DNA of 35,813 nucleotides, the filler included, from an uncultured virus (IMG/VR IMGVR_UViG_2061766007_001539) (lineage: Duplodnaviria > Heunggongvirae > Uroviricota > Caudoviricetes). It is 2 parts of one record of this genome, joined end to end, with 100 filler letters (N's around TTAATTAATTAA, not from the genome) between each part and the next. Parts side by side here need not be neighbours in the genome. Positions count along the whole stretch, not along the records: positions 1 to 18,864 come from IMGVR_UViG_2061766007_001539; positions 18,965 to 35,813 come from IMGVR_UViG_2061766007_001539. One strand, written 5' to 3'. Below are positions 18,684-28,973 of the stretch, piece after piece (position 1 is the stretch's first letter; every line of letters starts with the position of its first letter). The translations under genes were made by a program, and so were the position numbers. The notes under the pieces are model-generated. The model was given only the letters and a program-made list of their open reading frames with translations. It did not search any database and had not been told where the DNA came from.

Positions 18684-18964
18684 TACCTTTTCAGAAATTT
18701 TTTTAAAATCTTTTCAAAGTCGCTTCAAATGCCGGATTATTTCGGCATTTAATGGAGCGGCTTTTTGTTTTGTTTAGTTTTTTCGATTAGATTTTTCGGA
18801 GTTCGGCGAGTTTGTTTAGTTTTTTTCATTTAGAAATTCAAGAAAAATTCTGAAAAGTTTTTTCNNNNNNNNNNNNNNNNNNNNNNNNNNNNNNNNNNNN
18901 NNNNNNNNTTAATTAATTAANNNNNNNNNNNNNNNNNNNNNNNNNNNNNNNNNNNNNNNNNNNN

Positions 18965-20380
18965 CCGTATTGACGCTTATAGCCACAATAAACTTTGTGA
19001 GTGCTTCGTTACGTGATTTTAAGTTCGTGTTTTCCTGCTCGAGATCTCTTATAGCAAGGTTCGCATCGTTAAGCAGGATCTCTAATTCTCTTTTTAACAT
19101 TGATCTTTTCCCCCAGAATTTCTATCTAAATAAACCCTCGTTTCGCTGACGGGGGTCTTTTTCTGCCTGATCGTCTTCACATTGACTTCCGCTCTCGGAA
19201 ATATGCTGTTCATGTATTCCAGCATCATCTTCTGAGTGATGTAGTCGTAAAGCTTTCCTTCAAAAGTGACTTCAAATTTCTTCATCAAAACCGTCTCCCT
19301 TCCACAAGTTCGAGGTCGCTTTCGTAAAAGCCCTCCTGCTGATAATCAAATACTTCTCCGGCATATACCGCCGTGAAACACTCACCGTCCGCCCGCTCAA
19401 TAATGATCGAACGTTCAAGGTTTTCCGGCGGGTCCTTAAAAGGACAGTCCTCGATCTTCACAACCACCATATCGCCTTCCATCGTCTGCGATAAAGTCCA
19501 CGGCCGGTAGGCGCTCTCTTTTATGCGCACAATATCTCCGACCTTTAATTCTCGCTCCATCATATCACCTTCCCTGATAGACCAGAACATCCGCTCCCCA
19601 CAGGCCGACGTTATGCTCGACTCTATAATCCGGAGCGATGTATCCACCCTCAAGAAGCCAGTCAAACTGCACCGCGGTTATCGGATAATGTACCGGACCA
19701 CATTCCTCCGAGTGTCTTATCCAGAACTTGGTCTTGTCCCGCCTTGGTTCAACTATCACGTCAAAGCTGTCTCTGATAAGCTTTTCGATTTCTCTTCTTG
19801 TCATAACTTTTCCCCTTCCCTCATGATTACTTCCAGCTAAACGGACTGCTGTTGTGATCTCTCAGCCAATGTCTCGCTTTGTTGCGTTCTTCCGGAGTAA
19901 ATGTTGTTATCTTCGGAATGCACTTGTAAGCCATCCGCCGCATAACATCCGCGATCCTTTCAGGCTTGTCACTGTTCCAGTCTTGCAGATTTGCCTTTAC
20001 CTCCGGGCAGTACCGGTCGATATACTTTTCCATCAGTGATAAATCGTCTTTTTCGAGAACCGCTCTGAAAGCCTGATCTCTCATTCTGACGCATTCCTCG
20101 ATAAATTCATCGTTAATCCTTGCTTTCATCTCTCGTTTTCACCTCACGCACCTTATCAGCACCATAACACAGCATTTCCTTCGCTTTTTCATAGGTCATT
20201 CCGTTTCCTGCCGCCTCGGCCGCAGTCTCAATAAGTGCTTCAAATGCAATTGTCATTTCTGCAATGCATTCAGGTCTTTTTCCGTTGATATCTATTTCGC
20301 ATTTTTTGTCTATGAGTTTAAGTTCAAGCATCTATTCCCGCCTCCGTCTTGTATACGACTTCCATTTTGTGATTCAGAAT
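18965..20380 (-). CDS. Run of small early genes (18965-19100 partial, 19094-19285, 19285-19563, 19565-19804, 19827-20129, 20113-20331)
   Basis: Coupled ORFs, mostly homologous to 4930-7200 on +. Confidence 0.7.
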
Positions 20381-20749
20381 NNNNNNNNNNNNNNNNNNNN
20401 NNNNNNNNNNNNNNNNNNNNNNNNNNNNNNNNNNNNNNNNNNNNNNNNNNNNNNNNNNNNNNNNNNNNNNNNNNNNNNNNNNNNNNNNNNNNNNNNNNNN
20501 NNNNNNNNNNNNNNNNNNNNNNNNNNNNNNNNNNNNNNNNNNNNNNNNNNNNNNNNNNNNNNNNNNNNNNNNNNNNNNNNNNNNNNNNNNNNNNNNNNNN
20601 NNNNNNNNNNNNNNNNNNNNNNNNNNNNNNNNNNNNNNNNNNNNNNNNNNNNNNNNNNNNNNNNNNNNNNNNNNNNNNNNNNNNNNNNNNNNNNNNNNNN
20701 NNNNNNNNNNNNNNNNNNNNNNNNNNNNNNNNNNNNNNNNNNNNNNNNN

Positions 20750-21211
20750 AATAAAAGCGCTGTCGATTGGGTTCTCTGCTGGCTTTTCTGCTGCTGGTTC
20801 TTCTGCCTGAACTTCTGCCGGTTCTTCTGCTGTTTCTTCTGATTCTGTATAGTCGGCGCTTTCAACTTCCTTGATGTTTCCGCCGGTCCAGATTAAAGTG
20901 TCATTGTCTTCTGTTGGATTTACAACGCCGTACATGTTCACGGTATAGTTGCCATATACGTAGTAACCAGATTCTGAGGAGTAAACAACGCTTATTGCGT
21001 TGACAATGTCGGACTTTTTGAAGTTCCAGAAGTTCGTGCAATCGTAATAAAAGAATTTTCCGCCTTTTGTGTATCCGCTGATTACGTCGTCATGTTCGCA
21101 GAAAGTATAACTTTTTAAGCTTTCTGCTGTGCTGATAAGATCTTTTTTAGTCATTGTCTCGACTGTTTCAACTGTGTTGATGTCTTCAAGGTAAAAGAAT
21201 CGTTTTTTCAT
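20750..21211 (-). CDS. Homologue of 16159-17007 (5' part)
   Basis: MKKR.FY..DIN..; SGYTK.GKFFYYDCTNFWN.KKSDI.NA shared. Confidence 0.8.
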
Positions 21212-21259
21212 AGTTCATAACCTCTTTTCAATATTGTTTCGTCGGTTGTTTCTTGTGGT

Positions 21260-21375
21260 GCCGTGCTCCGGACTTGCACCGGATTAAGAAGTATCTTCTA
21301 TCAAGCTTCTGTTTAAACTGTCGCCGCCTCTTGTGCGGTCCATGGGTTCTTTACACTCGCAGATCATACACGGCT
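21260..21375 (-). ncRNA. Candidate structured 5' leader RNA with T-loop-like hairpin
   Basis: GCCGUG/CACGGC closing stem, inner stems, UCCGG-UGCAAGU-CCGGA. Confidence 0.4.
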
Positions 21376-21405
21376 TATGTCGGGGACTGTTTCCCCTTGC
21401 TTATT

Positions 21406-21434
21406 ATTATATGCGTACGCACATAAAAAGTCAA
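21406..21434 (-). promoter_or_regulatory. Sigma-A promoter with TGCGTACGCA operator
   Basis: TTGACT-17-TATAAT; palindrome 21412-21421. Confidence 0.85.
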
Positions 21435-21504
21435 TACCTTTTTTGAATTTTTTTAAAAATTTTTTTCGGACCGGCTTTTTATACTATTATATGCAAAAGA
21501 AAAA

Positions 21505-21975
21505 ACGCAGCAGCAGCAGAGGAGCGACGACGGCGAGGAGTGACCAGGAACGACGGCGGAAGAGATCAGCAGCAGAAGAGGAGCGACGGCGGAAGAGATC
21601 AGCGGCGCGGAGCTGGTCGAGGTCCTGAAGTGCTGACCAGTGACGACGGCGGAAGAGATCAGCAGCAGGAGAGGAGCGCGGAAGAGATCAGCAGCGACGG
21701 GCGGAAGAGTTCCGGCACGGATCCGGAGCGCGGGCGACTGGTCCGAAGGTCTCCGGCCGGACTTTGTGCGGTATTATCTGCGGAAGAGATCAGCGCGGCG
21801 CGGCACTGGCCGGAAGGGTCCGAAGAGATCAGCAGGAGCGCGCGGCGACTGGTGCCGGCAGAGGGCGGAAGATGTCGAGGAACTGCAGCAGGTCCGAGCG
21901 CTTGCAACCTTGCAACCGATCGGCACGAAGCGGCCGAAGGGTTGCAGCACTCCCCGGGGTCAAAATGTCTAATTT
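21505..21975 (+). repeat. Purine-rich degenerate repeats (GACGGCGGAAGAGATCAGC) plus conserved terminal block
   Basis: GAAGAGATCAGC about 6 times; allele of 17470-17935. Confidence 0.75.
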
Positions 21976-21985
21976 NNNNNNNNNN

Positions 21986-23325
21986 ACACACGATCACTCT
22001 TGAATCGTAGTTAAGCTTATCCCTTGTTATTTCTTCGGCCATATTCAGCGCATCTCCGTAAGTGTCGTACTGCATTGCAACCGGCACATAGCCGGTGCGC
22101 TTATATACCAGAAGAAAACCTTTGAATCTGCCTTCATTCGTCGCCATTGCCTCTATCCCTTTCCTCTTCATATTCACGGTCCGGATCACGTTCGTCCTCG
22201 TCGTCAGATCTCCGGCCGCATCGTCCGCAGTTCTCGCACGGGTTATAAATATCATACCTGCACCGCTCCATTGCTTTCACCTCTCTGAATCTCAAAGAAA
22301 CAGTCAACGCAATAGCACTCCGACTGTTTCGGGTCATAGTGTAGCTTTTGATCTTCTCCCATGTGCAGAAATTCATAATTCCTCGGAAGCTCACTGCGAT
22401 ATGTCATTTCCTTTTCACATCTGCTGCACTTCACATATGCGTGACTTAAGAAATCCCGTGTTGAATTGCAGAGACGTTCTTCAAGGCTCACCAGTAATTC
22501 GTTTTTATGCTCCTTAAGGATGTTAATGAACTCGTTCGGGGTGTATTCAATACGATCTCCCCATGAGAACTTAGGATCTTTCTGACTGTGCTCTATGATG
22601 ATGTTAAATATATGGTCAATTAAGTAATTTGTGTTATCCATATTGCACCTCATCCTAATGCAAAGAATACGTCCCGCTCATATGGCTTTTCAGTGTAGAA
22701 TTCGCATTTTTCGGCTTCTTTCCTGTGTCCTGTGCTTCCACACTGTCTGTGCCATTTCTGACCATCTTCATCCGTGTAGTTGTATGAGTAATGGCATGAA
22801 CGCATGAAACCATGAATTGCATCACAGTTAAAACAATCTTTGCAGTCTTTTGTACAGCCTTTCATAACAGGCTCCTTTCGTCTTTCCAGACACAGTCAGA
22901 ACAGTATTCGTCTTTGATAAGCTCAATTGCCTTGTCATTTGTCATCTTCATTCACCTTAATTGTAGCAAATTCATAACGGCATTTCAGTCCAGCAAAACC
23001 TTTACTTTGACCTCTTGGAACCTGAATCTTTGGAAAGCTTTCAATCTGCTTTATCACTTCTTCACCGACTACTTTCGGAATAGTGCCTTTTCCGATGTAA
23101 TATAAAACATCTTCTTTGGTTGGAATGTTTTTCATTTCCTTGTCATTTGTCATCGTCTTCATCCTCCAGTTCGTCTTTGTGCTGTTCAAGAATCTTTCTA
23201 ACCTCATACGGTTTATATGTGATCCAATCGCCTAATTTGAATTGCGGATCACTCTGACCGACTTCAACAAGAATACTTTCAATCTTATCAAGCAAATTAT
23301 CAATGTCTGTTATTATCATAGCCAC
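21986..23325 (-). CDS. Run of small early genes (incl. 22252-22653, 22650-22865, 22935-23134, 23143-23325)
   Basis: Coupled ORFs; 23143-23325 resembles the N-terminal half of 22252-22653 (DP.F..GD.I.Y.P.E...IL.. HK.EL). Confidence 0.65.
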
Positions 23326-23328
23326 ACC

Positions 23329-24031
23329 TCATAAAATAAAAGGGTTCTCTCCCCATTGCTCTGCCATTGCTTTGGCAATACCTTCAAATGTTTTACTTCT
23401 GATTTTTGCTCTGTCTTTTCCACCTACAGATTCTTCCCAAGTTGCTACTTTGCCGCTCGGATGTCTTCCAAACAACTTTTCGTTATCAGGTTTCGGAAGG
23501 TTGTTCGTAATAAGTGGAACAAGTCCTTTTAACCACAAACAAGTTCTTTTGGTTACATAGTTCTCTTTGTCTTTTTCCGATTCTGCAAACTGATAAGGTT
23601 CAATTATCTGATCTGGCTTTCTGTATGCTGTATTCATGATGCACACAGGGTTCTCAATCGCTATTCGTTCACAATCAGCTTTCGCAAAATTCATAAAAAA
23701 AGCCATTGATTCAATTCTCTTGTCAGTTCTCTCATTAATTTTTTCAAGAGGAGTACATTTCAGACTATGATGCTTTGTTGCAACCATTGTCAGATAAGTG
23801 CAAGGAGGATGTGCTATTATTAAATCCCATTTGCCATTTACTCTCTCTCTCTCCATTTTGTAAAACAAATTCACAATTTCCGTTCAGTATCGGAAGTACA
23901 TCACCGTGTATATGCCATTCAGGATGACCTCCGGAGCATTCCTGTATGTCAGCTGAAAAAGCTCTGTGCCCGATTCTTCTGAATTCCATACATACTCTCT
24001 GTGATTCTTCACAAGCAATTAAAACATTCAT
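23329..24031 (-). CDS. Phage C5 DNA cytosine methyltransferase-like protein, split by frameshift at (AG)n 23841-23853
   Basis: MNVLIACEES..; WDLIIAHPPCTYL (PC), IAIENPV, TKRTCLWLKGL, RSKTF.GIA.AMAEQWG. Confidence 0.85.
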
Positions 24032-24054
24032 CCCTAATTCTCCTTTTGTTTTTC

Positions 24055-24318
24055 TTATACTTCCACTATCTTGATCTTGTGCATATACAGCATCAGTTTT
24101 CGCTTTATCAGATACTCTTTTGTGTGCATTCCCTTTGCGTCCTCGACCACACAATCGCCGTCTTTGGTCATATACACAAAGTCGGCGATATATTCGCACT
24201 TTCGCTCTAACAATTTACCTGGTTTCTTTTCTCCTTTATGCGGGCCGGCTTTATAAAGCTCGTGACTCGGTTCGCGCTGTTCAGGTATGAGCATAAAGGC
24301 AACCTGTGTCCGGAGATT
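24055..24318 (-). CDS. DUF1064 family protein, 3' part
   Basis: YIADFVY..VVEDAKG. Confidence 0.85.
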   Translation of the reverse strand, partial: NLRTQVAFMLIPEQREPSHELYKAGPHKGEKKPGKLLERKCEYIADFVYMTKDGDCVVEDAKGMHTKEYLIKRKLMLYMHKIKIVEV

Positions 24319-24816
24319 NNNNNNNNNNNNNNNNNNNNNNNNNNNNNNNNNNNNNNNNNNNNNNNNNNNNNNNNNNNNNNNNNNNNNNNNNNNNNNNNNN
24401 NNNNNNNNNNNNNNNNNNNNNNNNNNNNNNNNNNNNNNNNNNNNNNNNNNNNNNNNNNNNNNNNNNNNNNNNNNNNNNNNNNNNNNNNNNNNNNNNNNNN
24501 NNNNNNNNNNNNNNNNNNNNNNNNNNNNNNNNNNNNNNNNNNNNNNNNNNNNNNNNNNNNNNNNNNNNNNNNNNNNNNNNNNNNNNNNNNNNNNNNNNNN
24601 NNNNNNNNNNNNNNNNNNNNNNNNNNNNNNNNNNNNNNNNNNNNNNNNNNNNNNTTGTTTTTTCTTCATATTTCCCCTCCTCAAAATCAAAAAGCACTTC
24701 ACGTATGATCTCCATGAATGCATTATAGATGCACCATAAGCACCACAGACATATCAGCATGAGCACCACATAGAGTGCGAACAGACCAATCATCACAAGT
24801 TTTTCTGTCATTGATC

Positions 24817-25173
24817 TCACACTTTCATTCTGCGGCCGCAGTTCGGGCAGAACCTGCTTCTGTCAGTCGTCTGCACGTTTTCGCACTCGCTGCACATATA
24901 CCATCCCGGCGTGTTCTCGATCCACTCGCCTTCTTTCCACCTAAGCAGTTCATGTAACCCGATGCCCTCAATTGCTTTTTCCTCGGAAACCATGTAGTAA
25001 AGCGTCGTGATCCTGTATTTCTTCCGGATCATGTATACCGTTTCCGCAAGCAGATCACTTACCGCTATCATGTCGTTGTGACTCAGATCGTTATCTCTGT
25101 GTCTGTTCAGCTCTCTTGCAAGGTTCTCGACCTCAGACTTAATCATGTTAAAATCAATTGACATTTTTCTCAT
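24817..25173 (-). CDS. Phage protein with C-terminal zinc ribbon
   Basis: CSEC..FCPNCGRRM. Confidence 0.8.
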   Translation of the reverse strand: MRKMSIDFNMIKSEVENLARELNRHRDNDLSHNDMIAVSDLLAETVYMIRKKYRITTLYYMVSEEKAIEGIGLHELLRWKEGEWIENTPGWYMCSECENVQTTDRSRFCPNCGRRMKV

Positions 25174-25373
25174 TCCTCCTCAATATCTCCCTTAAAAATC
25201 TCGAATAGCTGCCATGCCGGATAACCCGTAGCAAGCCGGAATTTACATGCACCGTAACCGCCGTCCATCTGTTTCTCAAACGGGCAGTGCAGGCATTCGT
25301 GATATGTGTTGCACTGTTCGACAAGTATCTTAAACACTTCTCTGATACACTCTATCTGCGCTTCCTCGGACAT
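25170..25373 (-). CDS. Small Cys-containing protein
   Basis: Homologue at 30854-31057; partial allele at 25384-25498. Confidence 0.7.
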   Translation of the reverse strand: MSEEAQIECIREVFKILVEQCNTYHECLHCPFEKQMDGGYGACKFRLATGYPAWQLFEIFKGDIEEE

Positions 25374-25499
25374 NNNNNNNNNNCGTCGTCCATATGCTTT
25401 GCAAACGGGCAGTTCAGGCAGTCGCTGTATCTGTTGCACTGGTCAACGAGTATCTTAAACACTTCTCTGATACACTCTATCTGCGCTTCCTCGGACATA

Positions 25500-25832
25500 T
25501 CACAACAGCTCCTTCATCGCAGCCAGCATCTCGGCGGCCTTCCGGCTTTCTACAATGCTTGTCACCGCTTCGTTCTTCCTGTTCATCCTGTCACGGTAAG
25601 TCAGGTCATAATAGGCATTACCCGTGCCGCCGCCTGTCTTATACGGGATTCCGAGCCGCTCCAGTTCCTCGTTCAGCTCCTTCATCGAGTATTCGTAATC
25701 GTTATACCCGTTGAACCTTTCCATTTCGTTCTTGATCTCGAAAAACAGCCTGTTAGCGCGTTCCTTTCCAAGTCCTAAGTGCCGGCAGACAGTGACGAAC
25801 GTGATGCACCAGTTCAGCTCCATCCACTTGAT
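25500..25832 (-). CDS. Hypothetical protein, 3' part
   Basis: LGLGKERA.R motif, similar to 7617-8129. Confidence 0.6.
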   Translation of the reverse strand: MKWMELNWCITFVTVCRHLGLGKERANRLFFEIKNEMERFNGYNDYEYSMKELNEELERLGIPYKTGGGTGNAYYDLTYRDRMNRKNEAVTSIVESRKAAEMLAAMKELL

Positions 25833-26589
25833 NNNNNNNNNNNNNNNNNNNNNNNNNNNNNNNNNNNNNNNNNNNNNNNNNNNNNNNNNNNNNNNNNNNN
25901 NNNNNNNNNNNNNNNNNNNNNNNNNNNNNNNNNNNNNNNNNNNNNNNNNNNNNNNNNNNNNNNNNNNNNNNNNNNNNNNNNNNNNNNNNNNNNNNNNNNN
26001 NNNNNNNNNNNNNNNNNNNNNNNNNNNNNNNNNNNNNNNNNNNNNNNNNNNNNNNNNNNNNNNNNNNNNNNNNNNNNNNNNNNNNNNNNNNNNNNNNNNN
26101 NNNNNNNNNNNNNNNNNNNNNNNNNNNNNNNNNNNNNNNNNNNNNNNNNNNNNNNNNNNNNNNNNNNNNNNNNNNNNNNNNNNNNNNNNNNNNNNNNNNN
26201 NNNNNNNNNNNNNNNNNNNNNNNNNNNNNNNNNNNNNNNNNNNNNNNNNNNNNNNNNNNNNNNNNNNNNNNNNNNNNNNNNNNNNNNNNNNNNNNNNNNN
26301 NNNNNNNNNNNNNNNNNNNNNNNNNNNNNNNNNNNNNNNNNNNNNNNNNNNNNNNNNNNNNNNNNNNNNNNNNNNNNNNNNNNNNNNNNNNNNNNNNNNN
26401 NNNNNNNNNNNNNNNNNNNNNNNNNNNNNNNNNNNNNNNNNNNNNNNNNNNNNNNNNNNNNNNNNNNNNNNNNNNNNNNNNNNNNNNNNNNNNNNNNNNN
26501 NNNNNNNNNNNNNNNNNNNNNNNNNNNNNNNNNNNNNNNNNNNNNNNNNNNNNNNNNNNNNNNNNNNNNNNNNNNNNNNNNNNNNNNNN

Positions 26590-27430
26590 CGTCTTGTGTA
26601 AATATTTCAATTTGCTTCCGTGTTTCATCCCTCAGCCTTGCAGCTGATTCTGAACGTTTATCCATTCCTGAGAAGTTTACCGGAATAGATCTGCTGTTGA
26701 TCCGGCTCCATATTCTCGCCCAGTCGTCATTTCTCGGATTTTTAATATCCTCATACGGAATATTTGTTGTCACGATAAGAGGTTTCATGCTCTTGTCCCT
26801 GTCGGATATCACTCTGTTGGTGATCTCCATCATGTATTCCGTCTCCCTTGCCGTTCCGAGATCGTCAAGAATAAGCAGAGGAATGTTCATGAGGTCGTCA
26901 AAGTATTCGCCTTTACCTTCAAATCCTGCTTCCTCAGCCTGTTCAGCTATTTTCTCAATGCTTATCATCAGAGCGCGATAACCCTGATTCAGTACCGAAT
27001 TGAGTATGCAGGCCGCTCCGAATGATTTACCCGTTCCGCACGGTCCGAGCAGTATCAGACCTGAACCGCGTTTCAGCTTGTCCGGAAAGTTTTTCGCATA
27101 TTCACGGCAGAACGACAGCTTCGGCTGCGATCCGTTGTCTTTCTCGAACGTTGCATCGGTTATCCACGGATTAAGTCTCCTGTTGATATCCGTGTACCGC
27201 ATTATCTGTAATCCCGTTTCATCCGTCTTAAGCGCAGCCATATCAGCGTTGTATGTATCTCTCTGACACTTGCACATGCAGGCCTCTTTTTTCACTCCCC
27301 ACGGCCACCTGACGACCGTTTCAAGAGCTTCGTCACAGACCTTACAGTGCTTAATGCCTTCGTCGCCGATATAATAACTGCCTTCGTCGGTTTTAATTCT
27401 CGGAATATCACCGACAAGTTTCTCGATCAT
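26590..27430 (-). CDS. DnaC/IstB-like AAA+ helicase loader, allele 1
   Basis: Walker A GPCGTGKS, Walker B LLILDDLG, IVTTN, N-terminal Zn motif. Confidence 0.92.
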
Positions 27431-27444
27431 TTAATCACCTGTTC

Positions 27445-28038
27445 TTAAAAAGGCTCAGAGTCCATAAACTCCTGTGATTTGTTGTTTCCGCAGGTTGAAG
27501 GCTTATTTTTTTCTTTTCTTTCAGCTTCAAGTCTTTTCTCCCATGTGATAACTGCCATCTTCCAGTTTTTCATTGGCTTTTTGCCTACTATCCATCCGAC
27601 GCTTTCGTAATAAGCGTAAAACCTCTCTGAGTCTATCGGACTTTTCCGCTCCTGAATATATGCAGTGACTTCTTCAAGAGTCGGCTTTTTAAAAGGCTCA
27701 GTTTTTCTTTTTTTATTTTCTTTTTTATCTGCTATATTATAATCTATATTATCTTCTATATTATTATAGGAACTTTGTTCCCATCTGATAGGAACTTTGT
27801 TCCCATCTGGATAGGAACTTTGTTCCGGTCTGATAGGAACTTTGTTCCCATCTGATTCCTGATCTTCCGCACTCGGTCTGATTGCTCTGTACTTGCTCTC
27901 AAGACCTTTTTTGCAGGTGGTTGTTTCTTTGATAAGAAGACCTTTTTCTTCGAGCTTGTCAAGGATCTTTCTCAGACCTCTTGTTGAAATGTTCGCCCAC
28001 CTTGCAATGTATGCCTGGCTTGCTGTACACCACTGGTT
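27445..28038 (-). CDS. Phage replication initiator, allele 1 (5' end in gap)
   Basis: Manual translation: wHTH near-identical to 31991-32767; C-terminal FKKPTLEEV.AY..ERFYAYYESVGW.VGKKPMKNWK. Confidence 0.85.
   Translation of the reverse strand, partial: NQWCTASQAYIARWANISTRGLRKILDKLEEKGLLIKETTTCKKGLESKYRAIRPSAEDQESDGNKVPIRPEQSSYPDGNKVPIRWEQSSYNNIEDNIDYNIADKKENKKRKTEPFKKPTLEEVTAYIQERKSPIDSERFYAYYESVGWIVGKKPMKNWKMAVITWEKRLEAERKEKNKPSTCGNNKSQEFMDSEPF
27766..27855. repeat. Iterons (putative origin): 4x GGAACTTTGTTCC
   Basis: At 27769, 27791, 27814, 27836, next to an AT-rich tract inside the initiator gene. Confidence 0.85.
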
Positions 28039-28048
28039 NNNNNNNNNN

Positions 28049-28303
28049 GCCTATTTCAATGAAATGACCTGTTGCCATAAGCTTGGTTATTGCGTAATCA
28101 AGATCATAGGCGTCAAAATTGTAAAATGCGACTAAAACACGTCTTAAACAATCGGTTGCATTTATTACGTCAACATCAGTTACGAGTAAGCTTCTGTTCT
28201 TGGACAGGTCGTAAAAGTAAGCGTAAACAATGAGATCTGAACCGGAAAGGTTGAGTTCGTTGATCATCCATCCAAATATAGTAAAATCGTTGTAATTGGT
28301 CAT
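28049..28303 (-). CDS. Protein sharing the initiator N-terminal motif (allele at 32785-33075)
   Basis: FTIFGWMINELNLSGSDLIVYA. Confidence 0.7.
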
Positions 28304-28320
28304 ATAATAAAATCCCCCTG

Positions 28321-28650
28321 TTATCTTAAAAAACTGCTGTATTTATCGTAATTGATTATTTTATATTCTGAGTAATTCCGGTTTGGAAATACGTGTATCA
28401 GATTTTCTTCCTGCAATTCAATGCAATGGTGCGCAAGTTTCTTAACATCACAGCCTAAAAGCTGAGTTAAGTATTCGTCTTCAATCTTAACCCCTTTATC
28501 CTCAGGGTAACCGCTCGTTATCAACTCAAAATCCGTGGAATACGCTTTGAGAAGTGCCGCATACAGCAACAGGTTAAGACCTGAAAGTTTTAAGTTTCTG
28601 ACCATGAAATCAGCTATAACAAAACCGTAAAACATTAAATCTTTTTCCAA
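28321..28650 (-). CDS. wHTH-like protein, distant paralogue of the initiator N-terminus
   Basis: FVIADFMVRNLKLSGLNLLLYA; RBS AGGAGG with TTG start. Confidence 0.65.
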   Translation of the reverse strand: MEKDLMFYGFVIADFMVRNLKLSGLNLLLYAALLKAYSTDFELITSGYPEDKGVKIEDEYLTQLLGCDVKKLAHHCIELQEENLIHVFPNRNYSEYKIINYDKYSSFLR

Positions 28651-28681
28651 AAAATTTACCTCCTAAAATATGCGTAAAACC

Positions 28682-28790
28682 TTGTATCCCCGTGAGTTTT
28701 ATGATATAATAGAAGAGGTGTTTTAACTTCTATTAAATCATTTTGTTTTCATCAGGGAACCCGTCATTCGCAGTGGCGGGTTTTCGCTTT
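28682..28790 (+). ncRNA. Antisense promoter with candidate about 75-nt RNA and terminator
   Basis: TTGTAT-17-TATAAT 28682-28710; stem AACCCGTCAT/GTGGCGGGTT then TTTC. Confidence 0.5.
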
Positions 28791-28973
28791 CATTGTGGAC
28801 TTAACCAGTTCGATAGCCGCCTTTTCAATAGCCATGCGTCGTGTTTCGTACTCCTCCGGAGTAAGTACCGGACGGATAAGGTTAATTGTCGTAGTGCCGC
28901 TCATGAGCTTCTGACGTGTATACTGCTGTCCCTCACGTTCAAATGTCTCCGGCTCGGTTATTGCTGTCAGCAT
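28764..28973 (-). CDS. Small phage protein
   Basis: RBS AAGGAGG; allele at 33242-33385. Confidence 0.7.
   Translation of the reverse strand: MLTAITEPETFEREGQQYTRQKLMSGTTTINLIRPVLTPEEYETRRMAIEKAAIELVKSTMKAKTRHCE

Noticed and set aside
18909..18920. TTAATTAATTAA island between gaps
   Set aside because: 12 bp isolated by Ns; probably a scaffolding linker
21260..21375. tRNA gene or cobalamin riboswitch
   Set aside because: Only a T-loop-like hairpin; no cloverleaf or B12 box could be built
25711..26981. Long ORFs spanning N runs (also 17832-18398, 20264-20865, 24238-24739, 33095-33814)
   Set aside because: Artefacts of translating through gaps
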